From assembly GCA_026914245.1 (NCBI GenBank), contig CP110439.1, forward strand, positions 3,782,001 to 3,846,000: a DNA stretch of 64,000 nucleotides. The letters are read 5' to 3'. Under the pieces are notes generated by a model. That model saw only the letters and a list, made by a program, of their open reading frames with translations. It made no database searches and was not told the origin of the DNA. This document shows, one piece after another, positions 1 to 11,877 of the stretch (position 1 is its first letter; the number at the start of each line of letters is the position of its first letter). The position numbers and the translations under genes are program-made. The stretch is from Puccinia triticina. Taxonomy: Eukaryota.

Positions 1-2643
1 CCATTGATACATGTGTTGTTTTACTCGTGCTGGACTCGGGATTCGTAGTTCTCGAAATATGCGGGCGAAGTGCGGGGTGCGCCGTATCAAAGCCAGTGAA
101 CGCCGTGCGATCGGGGCAGGCCCTCTTAGGAAAACCGTTGTCACGCGGCGAGAGCGCTTCGGCATTGGATTGCTTTGAGGTGGCTGTTGTGAGAAAGGTT
201 GAGCAGCTAATCACTTCTATCTCCGAGTCACTGTCGAGAGAGACAGCAGGGTTGCGTTGTTGGTTGTTTGGGGCCCGCTCGACAGTTAGCAATTTATATT
301 CTCGTGCCAGGTAGTACATGTGTTTACATGCACTACCATGGCGAGTGAAATACGGACATTCGCAATTGATCAGGCGGCCCTCGGCAACACCAGTTGGTTG
401 CTCGAACCCAACTCGGTAGACATGTACTGACGGGCTTGAGAAACTGCCAATGGTGAACTACAGATCCATGTCAACGAGTGATTATAAATGTAGCTTTAGT
501 GTGCAATTTATAACCTTACATGATTTGTATGCCTGTAAACTTTGGCACCTATCAGCTCCAGGTAGCCTTTCGTGATACCGTCTGCGCGACTCTTGGAATG
601 TGATTGAAACCGGTTAACTGTTTGTTTCACAAAGCCTGTGTTGACCTGGCATGTTTTCCGGCTGTATTTTGGCTCGACGATATCGCAAAAGATCTGGATC
701 ACTTCGTCAATACGGTGTCGTGTGGATGGCTTGAGGTATCGGGTCTTGAGGACGTTATGCCATGCCTCAACATAGTTATTGGTGTTGATGCCCTGGTATG
801 CGGTCTTCCAACCAAAAAAGAAAACAGTCATTATGTGATTAGGTAGGGAGGGGAAGCAGGGAGGCACTTACTGTTCGGTAGAACCGGGACCAATGCTCGA
901 TACACATGTACCATTGCGAGTCAACGTAAGATGCAAATGCCGGGTGGACTTGCCTCCACTTACTGAGGTATATCATCATTTGGCTGTGTGGGTACTTACC
1001 CGAGTACATTATGACTTCGAATTCGTCCACTGCCTCCTGCAATCGTTTTCCCAAGTGGACAAGTGCTTTGGCCTTGAAGGCCTTGATGACGTGGAAGACA
1101 CACCAGTAATGCCTCGGGGCTTGATCCATCAGGTAGTCGAATGTTGCTGTGACTGCCGCCTTGATTGCCAGAGCACAGTCACTCATTACAGAATGAGGGA
1201 TCAGCCCGGTGGACTGATGCAACCACGTGAGGATCTGCTCAATTGGCTCGCTGACAGGACAAATGGGGAATCAGCCACAAAACTTGAAGTCATAGAAATA
1301 CATGATTGGTTGGAAAAGGAACTTACATGGCGAGTGAACCAGTAAAGGCCCAACATACAGGAAGGCCCATGCCCGTAACTGCATTTCGGATCATCACTGT
1401 GTACAGGCTGGCTTTCCAACCTTGCAAGAGAAAACAGTTGTTCACCGTGTTGTGTGTCGCATCGACCAGAAGCATTGTTGTGCCGTGCGCCATCATCATC
1501 TTTCGTTGCCAGGGAGATTGAATGCAAAACAGGAACGCCTCCGAATCGGCGATAACGGGAGCGAAGGTATGCCACCCAAGAGATTTCAGGTGAACTTCCC
1601 AGAGGGACAGCGATTTGAAAACATCACGGTGCTTTCGAACATTGTTGCACCTATGTGTTTTGATTAGGTGGCGGACAAGGTTGGCGGTGACACCATTGCC
1701 CTCTGGGATGGCCGCACTGGTCTCGTAAAGCTATTTGGTGGGGTTGGGATGGATAGATGGAAAAATCAGTGATCAAACAATCAATCCATGGTGAGATGAT
1801 GACGGGTACTTACATCATCAAGATCTTGTGATAGAACTAGGTCTTGGATGCTGTCCCACCCAAGCCCCGAGTCGATGCGAGCACAAACCCAGTCATGGAC
1901 GGCCTTTGGAATGCGGGTTTTCTTCATGTCTTCGACAGTGTTGAGCTCGTGAGAATGTTTCCAAAACCACTTGACCCGCAGCGAGGCAGTCGCAAGGTGG
2001 AGTGAAATGTTGAATTTTGCTTCACAGCCACACTTTCTTCCAGATTCAGATTTGCGAGAGTTTGGCGGAGCTTCGTGGTGGCCTTTTCGGGGGCATATGT
2101 AGAATAGTTTCCACTGATATGTTGGGGGCCGGCCAGCGTTTGACTTCTTTGCACCAGGGATTTTGGGGGGTGAGAAATTTTCCAACGTCCATCGGACAGT
2201 GGCCTGCATGGCAACGGCAAAAGCAAAAGCATCCCCCAAGGAGCGTCCAGGGATCGTAAAGCAGTGTGGATTGGTATCAAATGTTGGGGGGGCACTACCA
2301 AGCCATCGGACCATGCGAAGCGTACAGGGAGGTAATTTGATTCCGTGGGGGACTGGGATCTCCTGTGTGAACGGCTCGGGGACAATGTCATCAATGTCAG
2401 GGATGAGGGGATAGTTGTTTTGAGACAGCTTTGGGGTAGAAATAATCATGGTTGAGGGGGCTTTTTGGTGGTGTTGGGTAGATCCGGAGGGCTGGGTTGG
2501 AAATCCGGGATGGGTGCAAAAGGGGCAAGGAGTTGGTTTGGGAGGGATAAGTCAAAGAAGTCAAGAAGCGCTTGAGGGTGAGCTTAAGGGGAAGTGGAGA
2601 GTGGAGTGTCCAAGCTGGGGTTCGGTCAAGGTGCGGTGGCATG
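1..2643 (-). mobile_element. Mutator-like (MULE) transposase gene, multi-exon, running off the left edge, probably frameshifted near its 5' end
   Basis: Minus-strand motifs in MULE order: FAR1/WRKY-like CGCEAKF...WKHSH (ORF 1781-2449), LLVDATHN (~1445-1470), VMSDCALAI...CVFHV (839-1222), TNNYVEAWHNVLK (508-867) and SWIM finger CECPYFTRHGSACKH (~320-365). GT-AG introns separate the pieces. TIRs were not delimited. Confidence 0.85.
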
Positions 2644-3324
2644 TATCTGAGTTTGTAGGTCAAGAAAGGATCTCCAAGTACATAAGCACAAAATAGTAGG
2701 TTTGGTCGCAAGCGTGATGTGGGGAAAGTTGAAAGGCAAAGATCTGGCGGAAGTATGGAGGTAACTATGCAATTGGAAAAGTTTGATTGTAGGCAATATT
2801 TGGCTAAGAAGTATATTGTAGTTGTCGAAGTTTGTTGTGCATGTTGTAAAAGGAAAAGCCAGGGATATCGGGGGAGAGCAGTAGTGAGTAAAGGAAATGA
2901 CAAGTTGGGGAAAGGCACCTGGCCGAGTGGGGGGATAGTTGGGTCTAGGGCTCGATTAAGGGGAGTCCCTTATAAGGGACTCACGTTTGTCAGGCTCCCC
3001 TAGGGGAGACGGTACTTGCAAGCTTTCTCGGTGTGGTTGGCAGCACAGGCAATGATGCTTGGCTGGGGGGATAATCATGTTACTCATGATTGTACGTCCA
3101 AACGGGAAATCCCGTTGATTCTGCTTGCGGTTGTTTCTTTTTTTACAAGGGGAATAACGATGGAGATCACTAGGGGATGCTCTCCAAATCCAGAATTTCT
3201 CTGGGTTTATTCGTCGCCCCACAAAAACCCTGCAGCTTCCCAAGCAAGCCTTGTTCTTTGTGAAACGACCGTTGATAGACAATGCCGTTGTTGGATTGGA
3301 TGGCCAGGCAACGGTAGTCACAAC

Positions 3325-4991
3325 ATGAATCTTCCTGGCAATCAGCCCGAACTAACCTTTGCTTCCGATCTGACTTCCTCAGGCTTCTATCAAGCCTTCG
3401 TCACCATCGACAAGTTCCTCAAACACTCCTTCGAATCAAGGATCTTATTGGAGCCGGCTAAGCTGGTCAAAAATGCCGACCAACTCTCCGAACGAAGGAC
3501 CGAACTTCAAACCTTCAGGGCCGTCTTTCCCACCTCTCAAAACTCTACCCTGCTCATCAAAAAACACGGCCGGTTCGGAAGAGAAGAGGCTACGATCGAC
3601 CAATTCCTCGAGAGTGACAAATGCAAAGAACTTCCAAAGCTCAAGTCTACCATGTTCCGCGGTCAGTCTCTCTCATCTTGTCATCGCTTTGAGAAGAGAA
3701 GTGGTCCTGATTTCATTATGGCATACGGGGGGTGGATTCAGGTCAATTGACGCGCCAACCATCAACCCGGACGAAAAAAGCTACATCGCAGCTCGAAAAC
3801 GATAAGCCGAGCACGTCGACGGGAAAAAACAAACATCAGTCCAGAGGGTCGCCCGCCACCACCCTGGATTCAGGCGGCGGACACAAGAGCAAGCGGGCCG
3901 TCTCCACAGGATCGCCGGCGATCCGCAAAGACGACCCCGACTCAACCCATCATCTCGACCCCTTCCTCAGAGGAGACCCATTGTCATCTCTCGGAAAAGT
4001 TCGAAAGTCGGTCCACTTTTTCTTTTCCTCATCCTCTCCCCAAGACTCAGATGGCTTACTAACTGATTATCGACCCTCATTCAGACGAATCCAATAATCA
4101 GACTCGGATCCCGATTACGAACAGGTTTCGGAACACAACCATAAAAAGAAGACGTCCCTTTCAGCAGGTAAGATCGACCTTTCGCCTGCCCATGAGATCC
4201 TCCCAAGAAGCTGATCCCACAAAATTCTCACTTGGCGGTGGTCACGATAAAAGAGATGACAGGCAAGACGACGTTGGAGGCGGACTCGACGACTTCGTCG
4301 AAACGGCAAGACTAAGCTCATCCCTCCCAACACGGCTCAACGACAAGCAGCACCCATCCGAAACGGAAGAGGAAGTCGCGCGGCTTGGCAACTGCCCAGA
4401 CTGAAACTCCTCCCGCCTCTTCGTCTACTAAGCGCCGCAAGAAACGCAAGTCTCAGACTATTAAGTCTTATGTCGATACCTATAAGGATGAGGATGATCA
4501 GCCGCCTGAGCAGGAAGAGGAACTCTTCGTTGTCGATAAAATCATCGGCGAAAGCGGTGATATCAGTGGCGAAACTATCTACAAAGTTCTCTGGGTTCGT
4601 CTTTCCTTTTTCTGACGTGAGGATTTATGTATGCAGGGGAAATTGAGTCGTCTCTTTGTGTGTGTGTGTGTGTGTGTCTCAGGCGGGGTACCCGGAATCA
4701 GAAGCGACGTGGCAATTCGCGAACACGTTAGACAATTGTGCGGCCTTAGATGTATGGCAACAGAACAAGGACGCCAACCGAACGCTGAAGATCCACGAGG
4801 ACCAGAACGCGGAGCGCAATCCTAATGGCCTCGCGAATCCTCCTCCGCCCCCTCCTCCGACAACCGCGTTGACGACGATCCCTAATGGCACCTATCAAAA
4901 ACACCATCCTGCTTCTAAAAACGCCGCAAACGCCTTCCAGGCCTTCGACGATCCGCCGCCCAAACGCCAGGCACAACTAGGTCTCAATTGA
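3325..4991 (+). CDS. Multi-exon chromodomain-containing protein (N-terminal exon structure approximate)
   Basis: FVVDKIIGE...YKVLW joins AGYPESEATWQFANTLDNCAALDVW across a GT..AG intron (~4595-4682), giving a canonical chromodomain preceded by an acidic/basic low-complexity linker. Stop at 4989-4991. Confidence 0.7.
4657..4677. repeat. (TG)n microsatellite within the chromodomain intron
   Basis: tgtgtgtgtgtgtgtgtgtgt read directly. Confidence 0.9.
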
Positions 4992-5616
4992 TCCACTTTT
5001 ATTATTTTTTTCAAAAAAAAGAGAGAAAATAAAAGGAGACAGCCTCATGAATTGGGCTTTCTTTTTGTTGTACTTAGCATGGCACTCGTCCTCCTCCCCA
5101 CTCGATCTTGTTCTTCTTGAGACTTCATAACTGGTTCTTCTTTTCATGAGAGACACCGCGTTTATTCCATAATCCCCTTACCCCCTACTAAAGAAGTCTC
5201 TCAGCTCTTTTTGATATATAATGTACTGCCAATTCTTTGACGATTGGTCTTTCCCTGTTTCCAATGGGCTCGGGTTGGTATGGTCTTCTTACATGGAGAT
5301 GTTGGTCGGTCGGGCTTTCTTCTGGCGATGCTCATCTTTTGCGTTTGCATGCGTGTAAATACATGGTTCGACTTGTGGCCTGTGTGTCTTTGGATGTGGT
5401 GAGAAAAGGTTGCTCGGCCTCACACGCCAGCAGGGCATCGGTGAGTGTGAACTCTGCAAAATCAATAGGGGGGTTCACGTTAGCCTGATTTTGAAATCAG
5501 GCTACAAACCTTGCTAAAAATTTGATGGCTGCTCATACAGCTCAATGCAAGGATCCAAGTTTATTAAATTCACAAAAACATGGCGAAAAAGATCTAAGTT
5601 TTGGTGTGCAGCCACA

Positions 5617-5820
5617 TGATGGCCACTGTTGAAAAGATTACCCCCGAACACTGTGTGCCATGGATAGACCCACCCCACTCGATGGCCGTGGTGCGACAGT
5701 GCTTTAGCCCCATGATGACCGGCGCAGACCGGTCATCACAAATAGATGTTTTTCCCCGCGATGACCGGCACGGACCAGTCATCAAGGTGTGTGTATGCCA
5801 CTCCATGGCCCGTCATTGAG
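5617..5820. repeat. Fragment of the GATGGCC/GGCCATC palindromic repeat family (related to the element at 14640-15867)
   Basis: Units such as gatgaccggcgcagaccggtcatc and gatgaccggcacggaccagtcatc resemble the repeat units at 14790-15720. Confidence 0.55.
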
Positions 5821-5859
5821 GTGGGGTGTGTACTCCACTCAATCTCTGGTGAGGACTTG

Positions 5860-6169
5860 AGTGCACCCCAATGCACTCCATTTGGTATTTGCCAGCTGGA
5901 GTGCAAAGCCAAAATCCTTTGCTGAAAAGGTGGAGTGCTTGGGCTTGCACTCCATTTTTATTGGAGTGCATCTAGCTGCGCTCCCCTATTTTGGTAAATT
6001 TTGGAGTACCCAGTTGTGTACTCCAACAAACATGGAGTGCCCATCTGGAGACTCCATGTTTTGGGAGTACAAAATCAAGGCACTCCAGCTTTTTTGGAGT
6101 GCTGGCCCCCCAAAGCCAAAAAAGTGGAGTGCACAAAGTAAAAGTTCGGAGTGCATTTAGGCTCACCCT
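5860..6169. mobile_element. Degenerate MITE rich in GGAGTGC/GCACTCC motifs
   Basis: Imperfect inverted ends (gagtgcaccccaatgcactcc ... ggagtgcatttaggctcaccc) and many internal ggagtgc/gcactcc copies. No clear TSD. Confidence 0.5.
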
Positions 6170-6294
6170 AAATAAATTCAGCACATCATCAAAATTTAAT
6201 TGAAAGTATTTCCACAAGAAAAAAACCTCTTCACTGTCAAAGAGAGATAAAAACCAAAGGCGGGGAGCCATATGGGTAGGGGACTATGCTTGCA

Positions 6295-6320
6295 GCGGCG
6301 AAGCCGCCTTGGCCTCTAGT
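6295..6320 (+). mobile_element. Helitron-type 3' terminus
   Basis: GC-rich hairpin GCGGC-GAA-GCCGC (6295-6307) followed 8 nt later by CTAG|T (6316-6320). Confidence 0.6.
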
Positions 6321-6636
6321 ATATATCCTAAATGCTCACAACAAATACGTCAGTTCTAGCTGGTCCTCGTCTCCTGACCTTATAAGTGATTTTTCAAGTA
6401 TTTAACTATTTAATCCGGAGTTCTACTAGGAATATGTTAAGGACTGATTTGTTATAATGATACCAGAAAGTGTCTTGACAGAGATATGTTTCTTCACTTG
6501 AATGTAACAGGTTAGTTTTCCTGCCACCAACTCATCAAAATTTGCTAAGAATACTTATAAAATTCGCAACAGTGGTTAGAGATATGTTAAGCCACGTGTT
6601 CAACATAGAAATCCTCTATCACGTTGGGGACTCCCT

Positions 6637-7923
6637 TGTAAAGCTCAAAAGTGCTCCTGAGAACCTTTTGCTGAGTGCGGAAAGGGATGAATGAGGTTAC
6701 CTCTGCCTTTCCTGGGTCACTAGACACTAAAACAAGCCCCCCAATCTACGATTGGAAGGTTTATGTAGTGATAGTGGAGGTGTATCGAAAGATAGCCTAC
6801 TTCAAACAAGTGGCTTAGGGGATATGGGTGATGTAACCGGAGCTGAGTGAGTTGTGAGTTAATATGGTCCGTGTGTTGCCGCAAAGAGGTTGTGGAACAC
6901 CCTGACAGAGGGGTTGATGATGATTTAGCAATGTAATAGTGTTGTTGTATGTATGTATTTGTTATGTAATAAGGGTAAAACCACAATATAGTGGGGGCTA
7001 ATACTGTAGAGTGAGCAAGTGTTGTACTGTTATGGGGTAAGCTGAGTGCAAGTAGTTTGCTGAGAGAAATTACAACTGGGGGGAGGAGAGCCTCCTTAAA
7101 TAGAAAAGAGTGAGGGATTTTAGCTCCAGGGGAACCAGGGAATGAGGGATTTTAGCTGCCCTGAGCTGTCAAATGAGGGATTTTGGCTGGTGGTACAGCC
7201 TAGATGAGGGAATTTAGCCCAATTGACAGGTCACATGATGTAATGATGAGGGAATTTAGCTGGTGAGAAAGTGGAGGTGAGAGGTTTGAGTTTGGCCTAT
7301 GATGTCATTGACGTATGATGTCATTGGGTCATCTGATCATCTGTACTGCCCCTGTCTGTCAAATGATGACATACGAGGGAATTTAGCTAGCCTGAGCTGT
7401 CAACTGATGTTGTGTGTAAGCTGCATGAGGGGTTTTTGCTAGCTTGACACCTGCATGAACTGCAGCCCCTATTACACTAGTCTGCATGCACCTGCATGAG
7501 CCTGCATAAGACTGCATAAGACTGCATAAGACTGCATAAGCCTGCATAAGCCTGCATAACACTGCATGACACGTGCATAACACAATGTAATGAGTGCAGC
7601 TGATGAGGTAAAGCATATGTAAAGGGTAGACAAGTGTCAGAGCGGACCATGTAACGGATTACATGGTCCCGGGTAAGGGTGGTTCATGTAACGGATTACA
7701 TGACCTGAGTATGGTGTTTGTGTGCGTGAAACTGGCTGATGGTGTCTTGAAGGGGTTGTATCTTCTGATCCAGAGGGGTGTAAGGTGTGTTGTCCATGGT
7801 ATCCTGTGTAGTTTTGGCAGTAGAATCCAATGGTGTTGCCGTATTGGTTGATTTGTGAGTGTACATATGAGAAAATGGAAAATTTTGAAATGGGCTAGAT
7901 GGGTAACCATAAAGCATACCACA
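6637..7923 (-). mobile_element. LTR (TG...CA, ~1.29 kb) that truncates the Copia integrase; same family as the solo LTR at 49258-50057
   Basis: Ends are tgtaaagctc and ataccaca. Its terminal and TATA-region sequences match the reverse complement of the 49258-50057 LTR. It contains gagggattttagc repeats and a (ctgcataaga)n 10-mer array at ~7490-7570. Confidence 0.75.
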
Positions 7924-8302
7924 CCGTCCCAAGTGATGGAGTCGGATTTGGTGCCTTGGTTTTGCTTTGGTTTCACGATCCAGGCCCTACAGCCAAACGG
8001 CCTAAAGAGCTTCAGGTTTGGCTTGATGTGAAACATCAGTTGCATTGGGGAAGCCCGGCTTTTGGAGAGTGAGGGTAAGCAATTAGTTGTTGCTGTGGCT
8101 GTTTTCACCGCCTCTGCCCACCACTCCGGAGCCATGTTGGCCTGGAGCATTAGAGTTCGAGTCATTTCGATTATGGTTCTGTTAGCTCGCTCTGCAAAGC
8201 CGTTGTGTTGCGGAGTGTACGGGGGCAATACTGTGTGTTGAATACCGTCTTCCTTAAGGGATTCGCCGAGGGCCTTGCTCACAAACTCGCCTCCGCCGTC
8301 GG

Positions 8303-11300
8303 TAGGGATGGCGTTCGGGTACCCGTCTTGGGGTACCCGGCACCGCCTGGCGGGTGTGGCGGGTGCCTGGCGGGTACCTTCCAAGCGGTGCCGGGTGCGG
8401 TGCCGGGTCCCTGGTTTTTGGGGTAAGGGCAGCAGGTACCCGGGTACCGCCTGCCCGCACCCGCTGCAAGCCCCCTATTTTTCCCGGGGCATTGGGTGTA
8501 AGGCAAATCTTAGGCAGCCACCATCCACCGCTGTCATCAAACCCCGCCAAAACCATCGATCATGGCCTCCAACCGCAAGCAAAGAAGACCCAACACATCA
8601 GCATCATCCCCCTCATCTTCCCAGAATAACAACGACAACAATAGCGTTCAAAGGACTAGCAGAGACGACCTTGTCACTCCGGGTAGTACCCAGCCTCCAT
8701 CAGGAAGAACCAGGGATGAAAGCGACAAGGAGGAGCTATGTGAGTCTATTCTGTTAACCATATATTTTTCCGGCAGAATGATTCTGAATTTTCTATTCAG
8801 TAAGGGCACAGAAGATCGCCGCAAACAGCCAGAGTTTAAGCTATAAATCATACTTGGTCCCCGAGCTCTCCGAGCAGCTTGATAAGAATAACCAAAGGAT
8901 GATCGCTTATCCTTGCAAAATGTGAGTTCGATCGATCTTTTTTTAATTCCATGATCAATAAATTAAATCCCTGACCCTTGCCAACCCCCAAACTCACTCA
9001 GATGTGGAACCAAGATTAACCGTCCGACCTCGGACTCGTCTTGCAGCAATTTAATCAAGCATGCGGCAACCTGCCTCCGAAAACAGAGCGAACAGAAATC
9101 AAATGTGAATCTTGCCCGTGTTGGAATCAAGGGAACTGGAGACATTGATCCCAAGGAGGTAAGTAACAGGCTTCAATATATGATTGATCAAGCTAACTAA
9201 CTAGGCTTACCAAAAAAACACATAGGTTCCTCAACTTTGTGCAGTATGGTGTGCCGAGGCCGCCAGACCCTTTTCAGCACTAGTCGACGCGAGCCACAAG
9301 GCCATTCTTCATCCAACCGTCGTCAAGAATCTACCAGCGAGACGAGTGGTTTCAGAAGATATCCACAGGCTCTACTCAGCTATACAACAGAACTATAAGT
9401 CGGTTTTGGAGGTTTGTACACCTTTATTTTTTTGTTTTTTCCACTCAATTCAACCGCTGATTGCATTGTTATTGTTTTATTAGGCACACAAAGGTGCACT
9501 GTACTTAGGAGTTGATGCCTGGCAGTCTCCCAATGGGTTCGACATCCTTGGGATCATCATCTACCGATTAGCAGGCGATCTATTGGGTGAACCAAAGCTA
9601 GAGGCCATGCCTCCAGACTTTGTTCGCCTCTCTCAAAGCCACACAGGTCATTATCTCGCTGAGACCGTCCGCCTCGTCGTGGAGAAATTTGGTATTCAAC
9701 AGAAGGTTAGCCAGGGGTTTTTTTTGCTTGTTAGTCTGTCGCTGATTGAGGAACAAGAACCTTTAGCTATGTGGGATCGTCAGCGACAACGCAACACACA
9801 ACGATGTCATGGTAAAAGAGCTGAAGAAACAGCAGTGGCCCCGCTTCAAAGGGGAGCCACAGTGGGTACACTGTTTTGCACACATACTCAACTTGATTGT
9901 ACAAGGAATTCTACGACCCTTTGGCACTCAGAAGCGAACAGGGACCGAAAAACAACAGAAAAAAACTACTTGGGATGACTCAGATTATTCTGAATCCAGC
10001 GACAATGACATTGAGGGAAACATTAATTTGTAAGTCCGACTCTCAGTTCACCCCTATTTTATTTCCAGACACTGATTTATCTCATCTTTACTAGCTTCCA
10101 ACCCAAAGAAGATGCCACGTACTGTAGTGACGATGATGATGAAAGCAAAGCTGGGTCGTATGACCCAAAAGAACCAGATGAGTTCGAGCTGCTTGGTATG
10201 GATGATATCGATCACGCAAGCGACGAAGAGGAAGATGATCGATATACGACTAAAGGTTGCAGAAACAGTTTGGCAAAGGTTTGCATTTACATACAACTTG
10301 TCTGACATATACTGTAGTTGATTGTCCTTTCTTTTGGTAGTTTCGTGTGATTGCTAAAAAATTGAAATACTGGCCGAACTCGAAAGCTGAATTTGTTGAT
10401 ATATGCCGTGAAAATGGATGTGATACTCCTCACAATGTCAAGCAGGACGTACGAACCCGATGGAATTCAACTCTTGTCCAAATTAACAGTATTATCCGAT
10501 GTGAGGCCGCCATGTAAGTTTTTATTACTATTTCTGACACTACAATGTGCATGAACTGACTGCCTTGCTTTTTTAACCCCCAGTCGCGAGTGCCAGCGTC
10601 ACAAACGACTTGGTATTGATTGCAAGTTCCTCCTTGATAAGTCTGACCTTGACTTGGCGCGGGATCTATCGGAAATCCTCTCAATCTTCTACGAGATAAC
10701 TCTTCAAATCTTGATCTCAGGCTCCGCTCGCTTGTCCAACATTGTCGTTTTCATCGATCAAATTACCAAACATTTATCAACTGCAATCTCTGGTTCCAAG
10801 TATCCACCAGCGTTGAAGAACGCTTGCCGAATTGGTTTGAAAATCACGAATAAGTACTATAGCTTGACAGACAACTCCCCTCTCTACAGGATAGCTATCA
10901 GTAAGTACCGTTTGTCATCAAGATCTGCTTGATTTTGCATGAAATATTAATTATTCTTTTCAAGTCCTTCACCCGTCGTTTAGGGACAAGTACTTCAAGT
11001 TACTCCGCTGGGAACCGGAGTGGATTACTGAAGCTATACGGCTCGCGCGGGAAATGTGGGTAACATTCTACAAACCAGACCCAACACCTCCAAACCCCTC
11101 AACATCATCGACTAAAACATCCAAGGTGAGTTTTCAACTTTCGTTGATCAACTCCTTCCCACATATTGAAACCTGTATCAATCTTTGACAGGCTAAGAGT
11201 ACCATGTTAGCTGGCCTTGGTGAAGCTGCTGCCGCTCGAGGCGGCCACTGCTCAAACAATCCTCTGGATATTTGGCTTGGGGGGGCACTCATCTTGGATG

Positions 11301-11877
11301 GCGATGAACCGTTCAATCCACTGAAGTGGTGGATCCAACAGAAAAACTCAGGAAACACACATGGGGGCCTTGTATATATGGCACTCAATGTCTTGAGCTG
11401 TCCAGGTCAGTAGAAGTTTTCCAGGATCCCCTTCTTCTTCTTGCATGAGCTGACTGATTTTCCACATTTTTACAGCAACATCGGTCGATGTCGAAAGAGC
11501 TTTTAGCTTTGGGCGCGATTATGTTTCGCCAAGGAGACACCGGCTATCAGCTTGCTCACTAAGCAGGGGCATGACAGTGGCCTTCTATTTGAAAAATGGA
11601 CTGATCAAAGACGGGGTCTTGGCCAAGTGGAAGCATGAGCTTCAGACAGAAAAGAAGGTCAAGGCAAAGGAGAAGGGTAAAAATAAGGTTATAGTTGTAG
11701 ATGAAGACTGAAAAATGAATTAATATAGCACATATACATGTTTTTGAGAGCGGGTACCGGCGGGATACCGCCTCAGGTACCGCCGGTACCGGGTGCGGTG
11801 CTGGGTGCCATCTTTTGGGCAAAAATTCACCCGGTACCCGGACCCGCAACGGGTACCCGGGTCCCAAACGCACCTTA
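8303..11877 (+). mobile_element. hAT DNA transposon
   Basis: Imperfect TIRs TAGGGATGGCGTTCGGG / CCCAAACGCACCTTA, 8-bp TSD gccgtcgg (8295-8302) / gccgttgg (11878-11885), and subterminal GGGTACCCG repeats at both ends. Confidence 0.92.
8562..11711 (+). CDS. hAT transposase, about 10 exons; integrity uncertain
   Basis: BED-like YPCKM/CG...NLIKHAATC, DAWQSPN, SDNA, CFAHILNL, DVRTRWNST, and C-terminal dimerization motif LKWW...PATSVDVERAFS. Confidence 0.85.

Noticed and set aside
6633..7927. ccct/ccgt as a 4-bp TSD making 6637-7923 a clean solo LTR
   Set aside because: Copia coding sequence does not resume left of 6636. The flank looks more like PBS or internal sequence, so the match may be chance.
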